DNA of 63,427 bases, counting the filler, from Sphacelaria rigidula (lineage: Eukaryota): assembly GCA_964200075.2 (NCBI GenBank). It is 8 parts of 8 records of this genome, joined end to end, with 100 filler letters (N's around TTAATTAATTAA, not from the genome) between each part and the next. Parts side by side here need not be neighbours in the genome. Positions count along the whole stretch, not along the records: positions 23,826 to 31,666 come from CAXNAA020013282.1; positions 31,767 to 39,607 come from CAXNAA020013283.1; 6 more parts are not named here. One strand, given 5' to 3'. This document shows positions 25,186 through 38,616 of the stretch, piece by piece; the first letter of the stretch is position 1; each line of letters opens with the position of its first letter. The translations under genes were made by a program, and so were the position numbers. Under the pieces are notes generated by a model that made no database searches, had not been told where the DNA came from, and saw only the letters and a program-made list of their open reading frames with translations.

Positions 25186-27780
25186 ATCGATTGATTGATT
25201 GTCGCACCGTTAGCTGATCCCTGAGGAACCCAACCATGGTCACAAGGTAGATATACCCTCGCTGAACAAAACAGAAACACTCGCTAAAAATGACAAGTGG
25301 AAAAAACAACAGGAGCAAGGAAAGTTACCGGCAACCAGAAACGGCTTGTCACTGCAGTATGGCTTCACGTGAAAAGAGCCGTGCGCGAAAAAAAGAATGC
25401 ACCCACAACACAAAACGAGAAGACGTTAGGGCACACTGCGGCTCAGCTATTCCTCACCATTTTGTGGGGTATGAGCTTTCACCCGTCAGCCCTCGGAAGC
25501 GAGGCACCAAACTGCTACTGTGCAGCACTGAGAAGAATTTACCGGCGACAACAAGAGAGAGGGAGAGAGAGAGAGAGAACATGGAGGCAGGAAACTACGG
25601 GGCGGTCAAACCTCAGGACACAGTAAACCGGGGAACACCCCAGGTCCACAAGAGAAGGACAAGACAACAACAGACAAGACTAGACATGGTTGGATCAGTT
25701 TCCGTGTGAAACCAACTCTCCCCACTCATCCGTTTGTCGGGAACAAAGCGGGACACGTTCTCGGCCCTATGTGGCGATCCGGGCGAACAAAATACGCTTT
25801 GGAAGACTTGTTTCGTCCGGCCGAAAAACAACCCCCGCGAAACAGAGTTCACGCTGACGGATGTCCGTCTCGACAAGTTCGTCGTGGGTCATTTCGAGCA
25901 CATATCTGTACCAAAGAGTCTGTCATCAGTTTGTTCATTCTTACGGAATCCAACTATTCGCAGCAAAAGCTGGTGATGGGCAACATGCAGACTCGAACTC
26001 CGTGGGACGCAGTGTCCATGTAGCGGATCCAAGCATGGCTTGCACCTCCGCCTCAAGTAGTCAGATCTTCAGACTGGACGTTGGGTCGATCGTAGAACTG
26101 GGAACTGCCCTGTAGGGGGCGTGCCCATGACACGCTGATTCGGCCGTTGGTTTCGATGGAAATGTTCGCACCCGCGCTGACAGCACCACCAAGGTAAATG
26201 ATTTAGACCGTCTGCTTATACCGTTGACCTACCGCGCTGATGTGCAGTGCAGTTTTTGCGGAGCTGGGTGCTGACCATAGGCACGTGTACTTGTCTAGCT
26301 CTCCGACACCGTCTATCCAAACTCCTGACGGGTAACCGACATCACTCGGTCACTATCCTAGCAAGCCCACCCGGGGACCACGAGACTATGCCGGCGTCAT
26401 CCGCACGTAAAAATTTCCCACACCGCGCGCCGCACTTTCTCCAGCGGCGTCTTCGCCAGTGGTTCATCGTGACCTCTTCGCGCATCATGATATACTAAAC
26501 CTGAGACGGTGGCTTGGTCTACCGTGAACCGCTGTAAGATCATATCAACGAAGGCTGTGCCGAACATGTAGAACAATGACGGGGGACGAAACACACCCTT
26601 GCCTTTAGTCCCTGGCACACGTGAAACCACGCCGGTACCCTGCCATCTGTTATACCCGAGCTCGCGTGCCACCATCAAACATACGGATGACTTCATCATC
26701 ATATGGGGTGGGACTCCGAACTGGGCGAGCACTTCCCACAGGAACGCGTTGTGTACGGAATCGTAGGCCTTTTGCAGGTCGATGAAGCACATGTTCAGGG
26801 GGGGGTGATTTTCAACTCCTGTAGGTGGCGTACCACGAACATCACGTCAGCGGCCGATCATCCGCGCCGGAATCCGCACTGCTGTTCCGGAAAGATCTCC
26901 GCATCCTCGACGAGACTACAGCGCCTTTTGGCCGTGATTTTGAGTAAATCTATAGCATGTGCACGACGGAGATGCCTCTGTATTCACCACAGGGGTTTAT
27001 CCTTCTCGCTGGGTAGCAGCTTGATGCTTTATTTTCATTCGTGCGGTACCTCGCCAGATATCCCAACCGCAGCGATGATGCAGTGGGAGTGATGCGTACT
27101 CCAAAGGCGCACCGACCAACCCGAGCTCAAGGACTTCAGCAGGTAGTCCATCTGGGCTCGTCTCTTTGTCGTCAGCCATAGCTATCAGCGGGGGGGGGGG
27201 GGGCGTACTCATTTGTTGCGTGCGCCAGTGGTGGGGCAGTTGAAGACGCAGTCCTTTGGAGACGGAGCACCGGGGTGAGGGGACTCCNNNNNNNNNNCGC
27301 ATCGTGCGGTAAAGGCTGGGGGGGGGGGCGGGGGGAAGGAACCGTACTCATTTGTTGCTTGCCTCAGTCGTGTGACCATTGACCACGAATTCATTTCGAG
27401 ACGGAGCACCGGGCTATGGGGGCTCCTCGATTTCAGTTGGGTTCGGTGTGTCTCCTAGTGACGAAGCTGTCGGTCGTTGCGCAATGTTCTCGATGAAGGC
27501 TTGGTCGATAGTTACGGATATGGCATCAAACATGGTGTAGAAGTCTTGTTCCCATCACAAATTGGACCTGTCCCGCAGTTCGCTCCCGTGTAATACCCAA
27601 AAAGCTTCAACAGCATTGGTTTTCGTATGGCCTGTTGCCAGAGGCCATGCTGCAGGGCTGGCCATTTTTCGTACCTTGTTCGTTGTTTCCATTCTGGGTT
27701 CTTATTTGTTCGCCATCGTTTTCAATATTTTTGTCGGGACCGGCTTTCTCCTGAATCTCCTCCCCCCCCCCTTTCTATTT
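25186..27780 (-). mobile_element. RTE-like LINE relic with RT core and (CAAT)n tail
   Basis: SPDGLPAEVL, EQQCGFR, MCFIDLQKAYDSV...LWEVLAQFGVP, ADDAGIV (~26400) and IYLGG (~26190). A (GATT)n tail on the plus strand lies at ~25186-25200. Confidence 0.9.
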
Positions 27781-28140
27781 TCCTTGTTTCCCTCATCTCT
27801 CCGGTTTGCTCAACTCATTCTGTTGGTTTGATATCTTTGTTGCTTCCCTTTCTCGAGCTTACTGTTGCGTCTCATTCTGTTTTGTTTCATTTGGGCACGT
27901 CCATGTGGTGACCACGGCTACATGCCTCGGGGATCAGCTACTGCGAGACTTAAAATTCAATCGGTCAACCTGGCACGGGGTGTACAAGGTACATCCGTAA
28001 GCAGCATACGGTGGCGATGCCTCAGAAGCATTTATAAGTGTAACTTACCCAGAACAGGAGCGAGAGTCACGAAACCTAATCTCAGCATCACTACAGGATG
28101 GGCCGCCCAAGACATGGGCAGGAATGTGAACACGCAATTA

Positions 28141-28560
28141 GGCAGCTCAATTTTGGATCGTTTTCTACGAAATTTTGACAAGATGTACAGGACGTATGTA
28201 CGAGTACCCTTCTCTGCCCCTTACATATGTATATATATATATATTTATGAGTTATTCACGATATACTTCCGAAAAAAGTGTTCTGAAATGTTTGGTCGCC
28301 GATAACTCACGGAGAAAAAAAATATAGGGGGCTGAAAATGAAGGTTACGCACATACGTCGTGTACATCGTATCAAAATTTCATGGAATGCGACCCAAAAT
28401 TGAGCTGCATAATCGCGTGTTCGTATCCAAGACCGGTTCCTATGTGGAGATCGACCAGCCACGAAAAAATAAAACACGGTTATGCTGTTCAATTTCAAGT
28501 ATTTTCCCACGAAATTTCGACACGATGTGCACGAGGTATGTTGTCAAGATTACCTCTTGA
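28141..28560. repeat. Modular inverted/direct repeat (foldback-like)
   Basis: GCAGCTCAATTTTGGATCG...(28142-28210) is inverted at 28343-28408, with a third direct module at ~28490-28560. Confidence 0.65.
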
Positions 28561-28845
28561 GCTTTTCACCGTTTTTGAGGGGTCCGACGGGATCCATGTC
28601 GTGTTTTGAAGTAGTCTCAATTGTGGACCCCGGAAAACCGGCACTACAACATATATATATATTTCGCGCACGATTTGTCGCCGCATAACCCGAGGAAGAG
28701 CCCCACAAAATTTCGTCGCGAAACTCGATCAACTGATGCTTGAATTTTCATGTCCACGTCGAAGAAGGCCCGAAAACGCCATATTAGTACAAAAATCAAG
28801 TAGTTCGCGGTTTCACCGTGGTACGCCAAGGTTTATTGCACAAAA

Positions 28846-29319
28846 GCGAAAAATCTCACGCTGTTTCAAGAAGTTAGACCCTGAAACTTTGCACAGCTGT
28901 TCTATGGGTGATTACGCAACTTTGGAAGAATGAGGTTTTCTACTTTTGTTTTACCGTTTCTCCTGTGTGACCCCAGCTGGTGCGTCCACATATACCGAAA
29001 GGTGTAGACTGGCTCCCAGAATAAATGGGACAACACACACACGCACAAGTAGCTCAACAGTTTCATTCGCTTCAGGTGTAAAAGCTACCCACCTGCACAG
29101 TGCATACACACATAGAACACGAAATGCACGCAAGTTTTAGGGGGGTCCGATTGGATCGATGCTTTCCCCCAAAAATGGGGACCCCCGAAAAACGGTGAAA
29201 AAAAGTCAAAAAGTCGAGAAGAGAAAGCAAAAAATATTTTTGGAATGTTGCACAATGAACCATAAAGCATCTGTGCAAAATTTCAGGGTCTAACTCCCTA
29301 AGACGGCGTGAGGTTTTGC
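28846..29319. mobile_element. MITE with ~55-bp TIRs, containing a SINE fragment
   Basis: AAAATCTCACGCTGTTT...AGTTAGACCCTGAAACTTTGCACAG is inverted as CTGTGCAAAATTTCAGGGTCTAACT...GACGGCGTGAGGTTTT. Confidence 0.75.
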
Positions 29320-29369
29320 CGTAAGTCAGCGTTATTCCTTTTCAATAATATCGAGGCATGTTCCTGATT

Positions 29370-29545
29370 ACAGGTAATCATCCGTAACGAAACACTTTGA
29401 GACGTTCATGCTCCAAGGCATCAAATACCGTGCAAAGAGAGCAGAAGTTTTTGGGAGAGAGGGCTCCATATCAGCACCGTTAACTGGCACTGCACAGGTC
29501 GCCGTCAGCGCATATCTCGGACGGATGGGCAACAAGGGATGTCGC
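29370..29545 (-). pseudogene. hAT transposase C-terminal dimerisation-domain relic
   Basis: PRYALTATCAVPVNGADMEPSLP resembles the hATC consensus (A..L..P.S/TSA..ER.FS). Degenerate. Confidence 0.5.
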
Positions 29546-31792
29546 CGCGTAGTTGGGAAGCGTTGGTTGTTCGATATGTGTATGTGCCGGGGTATACACG
29601 ACAAGTCCGTGAATCGACCGCCTGTGGTCCGCGTGAACTTGCTGCTTACCGCCTGTGCAAGATAGGTCGTGAGTGTGGCAAGGAAAGAAAATCCACGGAG
29701 GGTACACCGTGTTCGATGCGGTGCGGCGCGCTGTGCCATGCAATGGCTCATGTTGCCATGCTACAGTACTTCATGTCCACAGTGTACTTGTGATTTCCCG
29801 TGTGCATTCGCTGCGAGGTGACACTCCTGTAGCGAGTATCGTATAGTCTGAAGTGTTCGTGAATAACACCCCCTCAGAGCATATGCGGTAGTGTCCGTAG
29901 CACGGCCTGTGTTTTAGTGACACCGGCCCTTAATTCCTGCTGCATGTATCACGCGCGAACGGTAGACGCCGTGCGGAGTCCTATTTGTGGCAGTGCCCGC
30001 CACATGTGTTGTGACATGCTCTTCAACGGGAAGAAGATGCTGCCCCGCACTAGGACGGCGATGATTGCGGCATGAGTGAGTTGCACACGACTATAAATTA
30101 TTAGGTTAACGTGTACGATCATATCGCTGTGCAGGGTGATCACGTTTCCCTTAACGATGCACCAGCGCTTATGTCACCCTGCGTGACCACTGCAGCTGAA
30201 GATCGGACATTTTTCAGTATCAGACGGTGAGTAACACCCCCCATGAATGTTCACTGGTTTACGGGCGGGATATTCCCGACAAAAAGACATGAACGCTTCT
30301 GTCCTGCGACGAAGCTTCCTTCTTCCCAACATGAACGCGTTTCAGCTCATATCAGCGGGCGCAATCCGTCGTGTGTGCGAAGAAAGTAACAAAGCACAAC
30401 TCCGAGTCGGCATGCCGCGTATGATGCCGTCGATCGATTTCGGTTCAGCATCCATGATTGCGCGGGGGTGCCGCCATGACAAGGCGGGCCGGATTTAGCG
30501 GAAATTATCCTCACCAAAATACGCCAGTCGCCTTCCTCCATTTATTCCACCGTGGTTGCCCGAACAGGTGTGATGGCAGGGAACTATTTCGGTGTAAATT
30601 GAACTCGGGTTTGATTGAATCCATCATGGCATTTTACGATGGAGATTTGCATGGTGCATGACCCCCCGCAACATGAAACGTTCGCATCCGCTTCAATTCG
30701 TGCAAGTACGGCTGTATTCATTAATCAACTGCTTACGATTGTGAAGCATCATACGCCCCACACATGAAGGTTCCGATAACCGATCTAGTGGGGTCCTGTG
30801 GGAAAAATTAATCAAGGAGAGTTGAGGCGAACAACGGAGGGCCGAGATGAATTTTGGTGTGGGGGGATAGTGGTAGTCCGACTAAAAAAAAAACGTCCAG
30901 TGCGCCGTAATGTCGCTTGTTCTTATCCTACACTGGGTGGCGTGTGCTAGTTGTCAATAGCTACCTGTCGGTGAAGGAAGTCCACCATATTTCCAAGGTT
31001 GTGTTCTGTAGGGTACGGGTTTCTGTATACCCGGGGTATTTTGTCGGGTATCTACCGTACCCGAAAGTTCTGTGACTTCTGCAAGACTTTTATTCCGGTG
31101 CCCGACAGTTCTGTAATCTCGGTAACATTTTCATACCCTCACCCGATAGTTATGTAATCTATGTAAGACTCCCGAACCGTTACCGGGGGGCACGGGTCCG
31201 CTCTTGATAAAACGACCCGATATCACCCCGCATAAAGTAGTCGAGGATGGCGCCCTGTGCCCCACCTGCTTCTTGGAATACCTGTCGTCCGTAGGACTCC
31301 TGGATGCTGACAAAGCATGAATTGTTTTTATGCAATAAATAGAATCATCGTGGAATGATTAGCACTAGTACCGTTTTTGTTCGCCTTACCACAACCAAGA
31401 GTATTTCCGCGCATCAGGCCCTTGTCTCCAAACAGTGGTCTCAGAGGCGTATGCTGGTATGTGGATGTCATGCCCCGGCATCCGTGGCAAGAGGTGGAAC
31501 TGGATTCGTCTATTCACAGACTCCGATACGTCTGAAAATAAAAATATACGAGCGAAAAGTAAAATGAAGATGAGGAACGTCAACACACACAGAGAGGCGC
31601 ACGCCCCCCCCCCCCCCCCCCCCCCCCCGCCCCCCCCCCCTCCCCCCCCATACCCACCCCCCTAACNNNNNNNNNNNNNNNNNNNNNNNNNNNNNNNNNN
31701 NNNNNNNNNNTTAATTAATTAANNNNNNNNNNNNNNNNNNNNNNNNNNNNNNNNNNNNNNNNNNNNGAGAGGGCGGAGAAGTAGGGGGGTGG

Positions 31793-31824
<32 letters not shown>

Positions 31825-31999
31825 TAGTAGTATATACACTTGGAGAAATTCGCTCTAAAACCGTTTAGACGGCACCTACAGACCACCTGACAGCTCTTCT
31901 TGTCGCTATGGTTTCCGACGGTAACTCAAGGGTACAGTATTGGCTTCTATTTTCAAAATACACTCGTCAAAATGGTACATCATTGCTAGTTGGTCGGAT

Positions 32000-32260
32000 T
32001 GTTTTACTCCGAATGACGACGGGGTAATAATATCCGTATTTTTTTCTTTTCTGGTCACCGTCGTTGGAAACGTGAGAACGATGGTTGGCGAAAAACATGA
32101 AGTCCATGGAAGTAGATGGGCTGAACAAGCGCTGGTACAATATTCGATAAAAAATTGTAAGGCAAAGTTTCGGGGGGTGAGATAGGGGATCCTGTGAGAT
32201 GACGGTTTGGTCTCGGGAAACGCGTGAAGCATAAATGACCCACAAAACGAAACAGGAAAA
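32000..32260. repeat. Dispersed unclassified repeat
   Basis: Homologous to ~39985-40270; both give similar pseudo-peptides (NVRTMVGEK / SVRTMIGEN). Confidence 0.65.
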
Positions 32261-33723
32261 TATACGACCGGTATATAGATATATCTTACTTCTTAACTAG
32301 CGTTGGAGTGCAATACTACACAGGGGGGGTTATCCCCTGGATCGCGTTTTCTGGGAAACCCAATACAGCGAAGGGGCTGCTCTGGTTGCTGCACCTGCTA
32401 CATGCACGTACGGTTGTTGCTGTTAGGAAACAATGAGCACTATGTTTAACGAACCCTCTGCGGGTGACGACTGAATTGATCGTTATATATATAAATATGT
32501 ATATAATGTCTTCATTGAGCACATGTAAAAAGAGGAATTGCCTACAGTCACCGTCTGAAACCACCGCGAAGATAGGATCGACAGGTTATCTGTTAGTACT
32601 GCATATTCAACTAGGATGAGGAATTAGTTAATCTATATGCTATTGAGTCATGCATATAGTTGGCACCGCGAATATCATGGCGGACGCTGTTATGTTCGGT
32701 CACCATGATGCAACTGTTTCAACCTGTCCACCTGACTGAACCCGAAGCTCACGAGGGCCGAGTAGGGTCCGGCAGCACAAGCGAAGTGCTTGCGCAAGAT
32801 CGCCATACTCCTCCATCTGCAGGAGGATGGAACAAGAATATAATTACAGGTTAGATGCCTGACAAACTAGACCCGATCAAAACAGCGCAACCTCGTGCTT
32901 AAAAATATCACACACCAATACGTGGGCGCGCACGCGCCGGGCACGTTTCAACAGAAATCCATCACGAGGAAAATAGCAAGCACTTGCACTCGCCCCCTCA
33001 CTTGCACACATATATATAGTAAAAAACGCGCGGGTTGCTCAATCCAACGTAAATTTTGTTCCAGCGCATCTATCTTTCGATCACTGGAAGTAGTTCCTAG
33101 TAGTGATTGCAGTTGTCCATCTAAGTATATTTGTCGAACACTGCGTGTCTCGACGCCATCCGCTATGATGCCCGCGATTGAAGTCATGGTGACGAAACGC
33201 GCCAGCAGCGGGAGGTAGTTCTAATCCGAGCACTTGGAAAACCGTCACCGCAGAGCTGATTCTGCTCCAAGGCCGGATCACACCACCCGGAGGAAGTCAA
33301 CGGGATTAGAGTAAATCCTCTCTCCTCCAGTCCCGTGGCCATGAGATAAGCAAAAGACGAAGACTGTCGAATAGGGGTCTACTCTTCTAGCCTCGACTAC
33401 TACACTGGGTCGCGTTGCTATTGATATTGTTGTGTGCATACATGTATCGGCACTCCATGCATGTGTAAAATGTAAATCAGCAATCCATACATATCGGGAG
33501 AGGTCGACCCCAACACAGTAAGAATCAGGCGAATAGCATTGTTCACGACATGATAGAGTAGCGCTGGTCTCTCGATCAGATGTTAACCGCGAAACCGCTG
33601 ATCGATGCAAAACTACAGGTGCGTCAGATCTCTCTCTCGTTTCTCTCTCTCGTTTCTCTCTCTCTGTTCTCTGTGCCTTCGTGTGTGTTTTTCTCTCCTC
33701 CAGATGTAACCAGAAAGCATCAC

Positions 33724-33993
33724 CTGCCACGTCACTGTGGAACCTGTACCCATGTATGGAAGGGATACTGCTGTGTAACCCTCTATCCTCGACCATGTAA
33801 GGGTATAGTGATCGGTTTGGTTCAGGTCTCCTGATCCATTTTCAAGTTCGGTAAACTGTACTGTGGATGTAATGATATACGCTTTCTGCCCTGCATGTGT
33901 TGCATCCTCCACGATGCCGACACCACCCGAAGTTTTCACCATCCAGCCAACGCGTCTGTCTACATTCATATGATAATCAATGACGCGCGTTCC
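33724..33993 (-). CDS. Probable exon of an unidentified gene
   Basis: Open frame with normal protein-like composition (VGWMVKTSGGVGIVEDATHAG...STVTWQ), bounded by a CAG acceptor candidate and a CAG|GT donor candidate. No family recognised. Confidence 0.35.
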
Positions 33994-34069
33994 TGCTGTT
34001 GGAAATACCAAGCAGGTAAACCACTGGAGATAGTTAATCGCCACGACACAAGCAGCTAGTTCGAAGGGA

Positions 34070-34328
34070 GAGCCATGCTACAGAATGGGTGCACTTTGTG
34101 CGCAAAATCTTGTTTAGTTCAGGGGCTTCTAACGATTCCAGATGCACAAGAATATTGGTCAGGACACCCCCGTTTGCAAATTCATTCGGCATATCCCTAT
34201 CGCATTGGAAAAATAGTAATCCTGGCGTACTCTCACTTACCTCATACCTCTTGTTCTGGATGAGATGAAGGGCTTCTGACAATTATGACCTCAGAAAGTA
34301 TTTGTGCAACCCTGCCGTAGCATTACTC
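34070..34328. mobile_element. ~260-bp MITE, PIF/Harbinger-like termini (copy 1)
   Basis: TIR GAGCCATGCTAC...GGGTGCAC / GTGCAACCC...GTAGCATTACTC. A second copy lies at 38361-38616. Confidence 0.75.
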
Positions 34329-35099
34329 GGGAATGAAGTCTGTGGCTATTCGTAGTTCGAATTGATGGAAGCAGGGATAGACAAATATGTATAGGATAAT
34401 AGATTATACTAGTTGTGCTGATTCTCAGTATGAAGAGCGGACAGGGCGTACTTGCAGGGTATGCACAATTATGTTATAAGTTCCTAGCGGTAGCACGATG
34501 TCATTGTGGCTTCAGATCACATGTAAACATAAATGCATCAACTGCAAGGTAGGTGGCTGCAGAGGACTGGGCTGCGCGCCTTCCATTTCGCGGTATGCAT
34601 TACAGCGTGGAGGTGGAGGACGATGTCGCCGCGTCTAAGGCTTACAATAAAACTATAGGCTTTGACGCGCGCAGCATCATTTCGACAGTAGCTCATAGCC
34701 AACAATCTTGCCGCGTCCCTACTGAAAGATCCGTTTTCCCGCACGAATCTCAAGCCAAGGACTCTCGGGGCTTGAGTAGAAAAAACGAGACGTTCCGCCG
34801 AAGCCCACTACTACCGTTCCTAGCGCTTGCTAATTTTGCTCTCTCCCGTCTCGGGGCTTTTGTCGTCGAACTTTCGTGCTATGACCCTAGGGGGTATCAT
34901 TTCGAAACGGGACATGCCTATTCTCCTTACGGCACTGAACTCACCTCCGTAGGACCAGTTTTTCGAGTCAAGGTTACGCATGGCATCATGTTCGAAATGT
35001 AACCGTTTTGGGCGCCGATGCCACTCTCCGAGGGTTTTCGGAGACCCACTATCCTCTACAGTAGTAGTATAAGATCTGTAAAGGTTGGAATTCCATAGT

Positions 35100-35310
35100 A
35101 TGCCTGTGTGTCTTTTGCCTCCCTGAGGCGTCTGGCAGTCTCCTCCTCCTTTTCCCCCATGGTCTGAGCCATGACAGACGAGGATACGCCCAGCTTGGTC
35201 AGTTCGGCTGCTATGTCCGCCAACCGCTTTCCTTCGTCGGTCTTCGCCATCGCTACCGCCTGCGATGATTGACGTGGTAAAAGACGCGGTTTCGACAAAA
35301 GTCGCGTCAT
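35100..35310 (-). CDS. Possible exon of an unidentified gene (helical, charged)
   Basis: MAKTDEGKRLADIAAELTKLGVSSSVMAQTMGEKEEETARRLREAKDTQ reads as a real amphipathic peptide. Splice structure not established. Confidence 0.35.
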
Positions 35311-36374
35311 GGAGGAAGATGCCGGCGGCGAGAGTTCGTACGAGGCCACTAGCGAGCAGAAAATGGAGAATCATTGGCTACAGTACAAACGCTTGACAAC
35401 TGGCGCACACGTCGCATGAAATAGACTGCACGCTTGCTTGCGTTTCGTTTTCTAGGATAGCCATGGGGCCTAAGACGTTATTAATAGCTTTTGGTGGGCA
35501 AAATGTACTATTGGACAGTGCGGGCGTTCCACATTTCCGCGAAATAATGAAGGAATCACAGGAACGTTGACACAACTACCCGACGCTACACTAAACTACA
35601 TGTATGTCTTGTAAGTCAAATTCCCGCGTTTCCGCGGCCGTCAGGCATGACCCTATAACCTCCGTAACTTTCTGCGGTAAAAAATTGGTCCAAGTTTGTT
35701 CTAGGCCGTCTTACGCCAATCGGCACGACCCTCTCATGACTTTGGGGTCTTTGTTTGGGTGTTTCCTCCGCAGCATGCCGTCAAGATTTTTGATAGCCTC
35801 GTGGTGGATCTTTCTTGTGCTGAGAGGGAATATTCACGGTGATTGGTGGCTTTCTCGAGGCACACGTACATGCCGATAACAAGCGCGACTAGTATGTATA
35901 TGCACACCTACGAGTAGTCTATACTATTGTTGGTACTGACGTTTCCCTTCGATTACCCCTTGCCTGCCACTGTTTTACACTTGGAATTCGACAATCACCT
36001 ATATATTGACGATTAATCGATGTCTGAGCATACCACGATGACACGTGGACTACCCCCTTCCCCCCCCTCAGCCTGGTCCGGCGAGAATCCGGCGTGCTCC
36101 GTCCCGGCTTTGTAGAGGTGGACCCTCGATGGGTTTGGCGTCGGTTGGCGATGGTACTATAAAACACGCCACTCACTGCGTAAGCTGGGCAACCAGGTTA
36201 CCGACCTTTTTTGCGCGCTTGCGTTTATTTTGCGGTAACCATGGTGGTGGTCGAGCTAGATCCTGTTGTGCGGCGTGGGAGAACCTCAGCTACGCATAAT
36301 AAGGATGATCGTACTACGTAGTGTTTACACGGTGAGACATCCATGGGGCAGTGTACAAGCCTTGGATGTCTCAA

Positions 36375-36640
36375 GAAGTGGCGATACCAGACAATAAAGC
36401 AACTCATTGGAGGCTGTCATCCAAATACAAGGTAATCACTGGGCTTCGGGTCGAACAATCTTAGCCGGATGCAGCTCACCCTTCATACGACTCACCGAAC
36501 ACACCACGGCGCTTCGCGCTCGGTGACTGAGTGCGAGCCTCGTCCGGCGAAAACCCGGCGTGCTCCGTCCCAGCTTTGTAAGGATGCGAGGTCAATGGTC
36601 TGATTACTATGGCATGCATGATCATAAGTACCCCCCCTCC
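36375..36640. repeat. Dispersed unclassified repeat family
   Basis: Colinear with 46995-47228. The core GCGTGCTCCGTCCCGGCTTTGTAG...CATGATCATGAGTACCCC also occurs at ~36065-36120, 39758-39850 (-) and 47487-47547 (-). Confidence 0.85.
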
Positions 36641-38360
36641 CCCTCCCCCCCCTCCCGTTGCCTCCAACCTCCGAACAAGCGTGTAATACGTTTGCCGAGT
36701 GAAGAGCGCCGAATGGAGTACGTGCAACCCTTGACGTCCATACGATGAAGTTTTGAAGATGAACATGCATTCTCAAGTGCGGCGGGGACAACCCCGCGCT
36801 CATCCCCACTCCCATCACAGTCGCACGACCGGAAATACAAGGGGTTGCAATGAAGATAGGAAGCTGATTGATTGATGGCATGTGCGTGGTGTATAATATA
36901 CTGATGCTCACTGTAGGAAAGCGAAGAGTCACGATTATTACGATTTCTACGGTAGTATGACAAGCAAGGAAGTACAACAGCTCACAGTGATACTGATTCC
37001 CGCAATCAACATACTGCATCCACTAGTACATGTATAGGGTGCGAACATGAGATGCAGCACCAACATTTTGACACATTTCTTATTCAAGTAATAATCCAAT
37101 GAATTGTTCTCATGCGGTGCAACCAACAACCTGTAACCGTCCGTCACTGATAGTATGCGCATCAGATTCAAAGGGCCAGACGACATGAGCAACAGGCGAG
37201 TAAAAACGTATTAATAGATGTATAACCGGTTAGTTAGAGAGCACTTGCAGGTTGGCTACCGGGCTATTCTGTCAGTCGTGAAAACGGTGACTGAATGGCT
37301 CTAGCTTTTTATTTCCTTAGTATACCATACGTCTCGACAACGCACCGTGGTATTTTGTTGAACCTCCCCCTCGCCCATAAGATTACAACCACAAGTGTGA
37401 AGAAACAATACGAGCACAACCATCTTATTGCGGACGTCTTGTCTATGCCACCCATCTGTCCGGCGGGTTAGACGCACGAACAGACCTAACTAGGTGAGAT
37501 TTTCCATACAAGTAGCACAAACGAATGACTGTACAGTATAAGCCGCATTTTCCTATTGAGCGCTGGCTAGACTAGTGGTTCTATTATTATATAGTCCGTG
37601 CCCCCTGGCGACAGCAAGAGCATGCTATTATGAGACAGGTTTCCTCAAACCTCACTCTTCGCCTGCTGAAACATATTTGCGATGTCTGCTGGAAGCAACG
37701 CACTCGTTCATGAAATAATTAGACGCAGTACTGTAGACACCCGCATTGGTGCACGTGTACTCGAAAAGACTACCTATCAATCAGACAATGAGGGTACTAA
37801 CAAAAAACATCACGATGCGTGCTCTTCCAGTGCCCCCACGGCGGACGTAGTCCGTCAGAAAGGATGAAGGAGGCGGGAGGGGGGGGGAGACTTTCCAGTA
37901 GGTGTATAAACTATGGGCTTCACTGCACCAGCCGTAATGCGGCGTCATGCACCCTCTTCCCCATACCACGAAGATTTTGATCCCTGGTTCGGTTCAATAC
38001 GCTCGTAGCTCCCCCTGAGGAATATCTTGTAACGGAGGCGTTTGCGGTACTTCTTTCGTTTGTCTTCCGAATAAATGCGTTGCTCAGAGTACCTACCAGG
38101 GTAATTTGCCGAAGGAGGAAGGATATGAAAGGAAATGGACGCATGCGCACAGTAGTGCAGTGTCACCCCTCTCGAAGTTATCCAGCAAACAGTGGGTGAG
38201 GCAGGAGAATCAGGTGTAACGTTGATTGATCTTAGCCCTCGTCCTTGTCGGGGTGTACTGAACAACCATAAAATCCCCGGAAGTTTACACTTGCTGTGTG
38301 CACTGTACTTATGAACTCCCATGTCATAATGTGTTCAAGTAGGATAACAACCCGGTGTTA

Positions 38361-38616
38361 AAGCAATGCTACGACAGGCGTGCACTTTTTGCGCCAAATC
38401 TTGTCTGGTTCAGGGGCTCCTAACGATTCTAGATGCACAAGAATATGGGTCAGGACATCCCTGTTTGCAGATTCATTCGGGATATCCCAAGCACGTTGGA
38501 ATCGTAATTCTGGCGTACTCTCACTTATTTCATTACTCTTGTTTTGGGTGAGATAAAGAGCTCGTAACAATTCTAGCCTCAGAAAGTAGCTGTGCACCCC
38601 TACCGTAGCATTACTC
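38361..38616. mobile_element. ~260-bp MITE, PIF/Harbinger-like termini (copy 2)
   Basis: Colinear with 34070-34328. The left flank is TTA and the right flank TTT(A). Confidence 0.75.

Noticed and set aside
27180-27430. Tandem duplication inside the LINE
   Set aside because: The two similar segments flank a 10-N gap (27288-27297) next to poly-G runs, so this is probably an assembly artefact.
31604-31824. Poly-Pro ORF / G-quadruplex locus spanning the spacer
   Set aside because: These are homopolymer C and G runs at the ends of two unrelated contigs, typical assembly break points.
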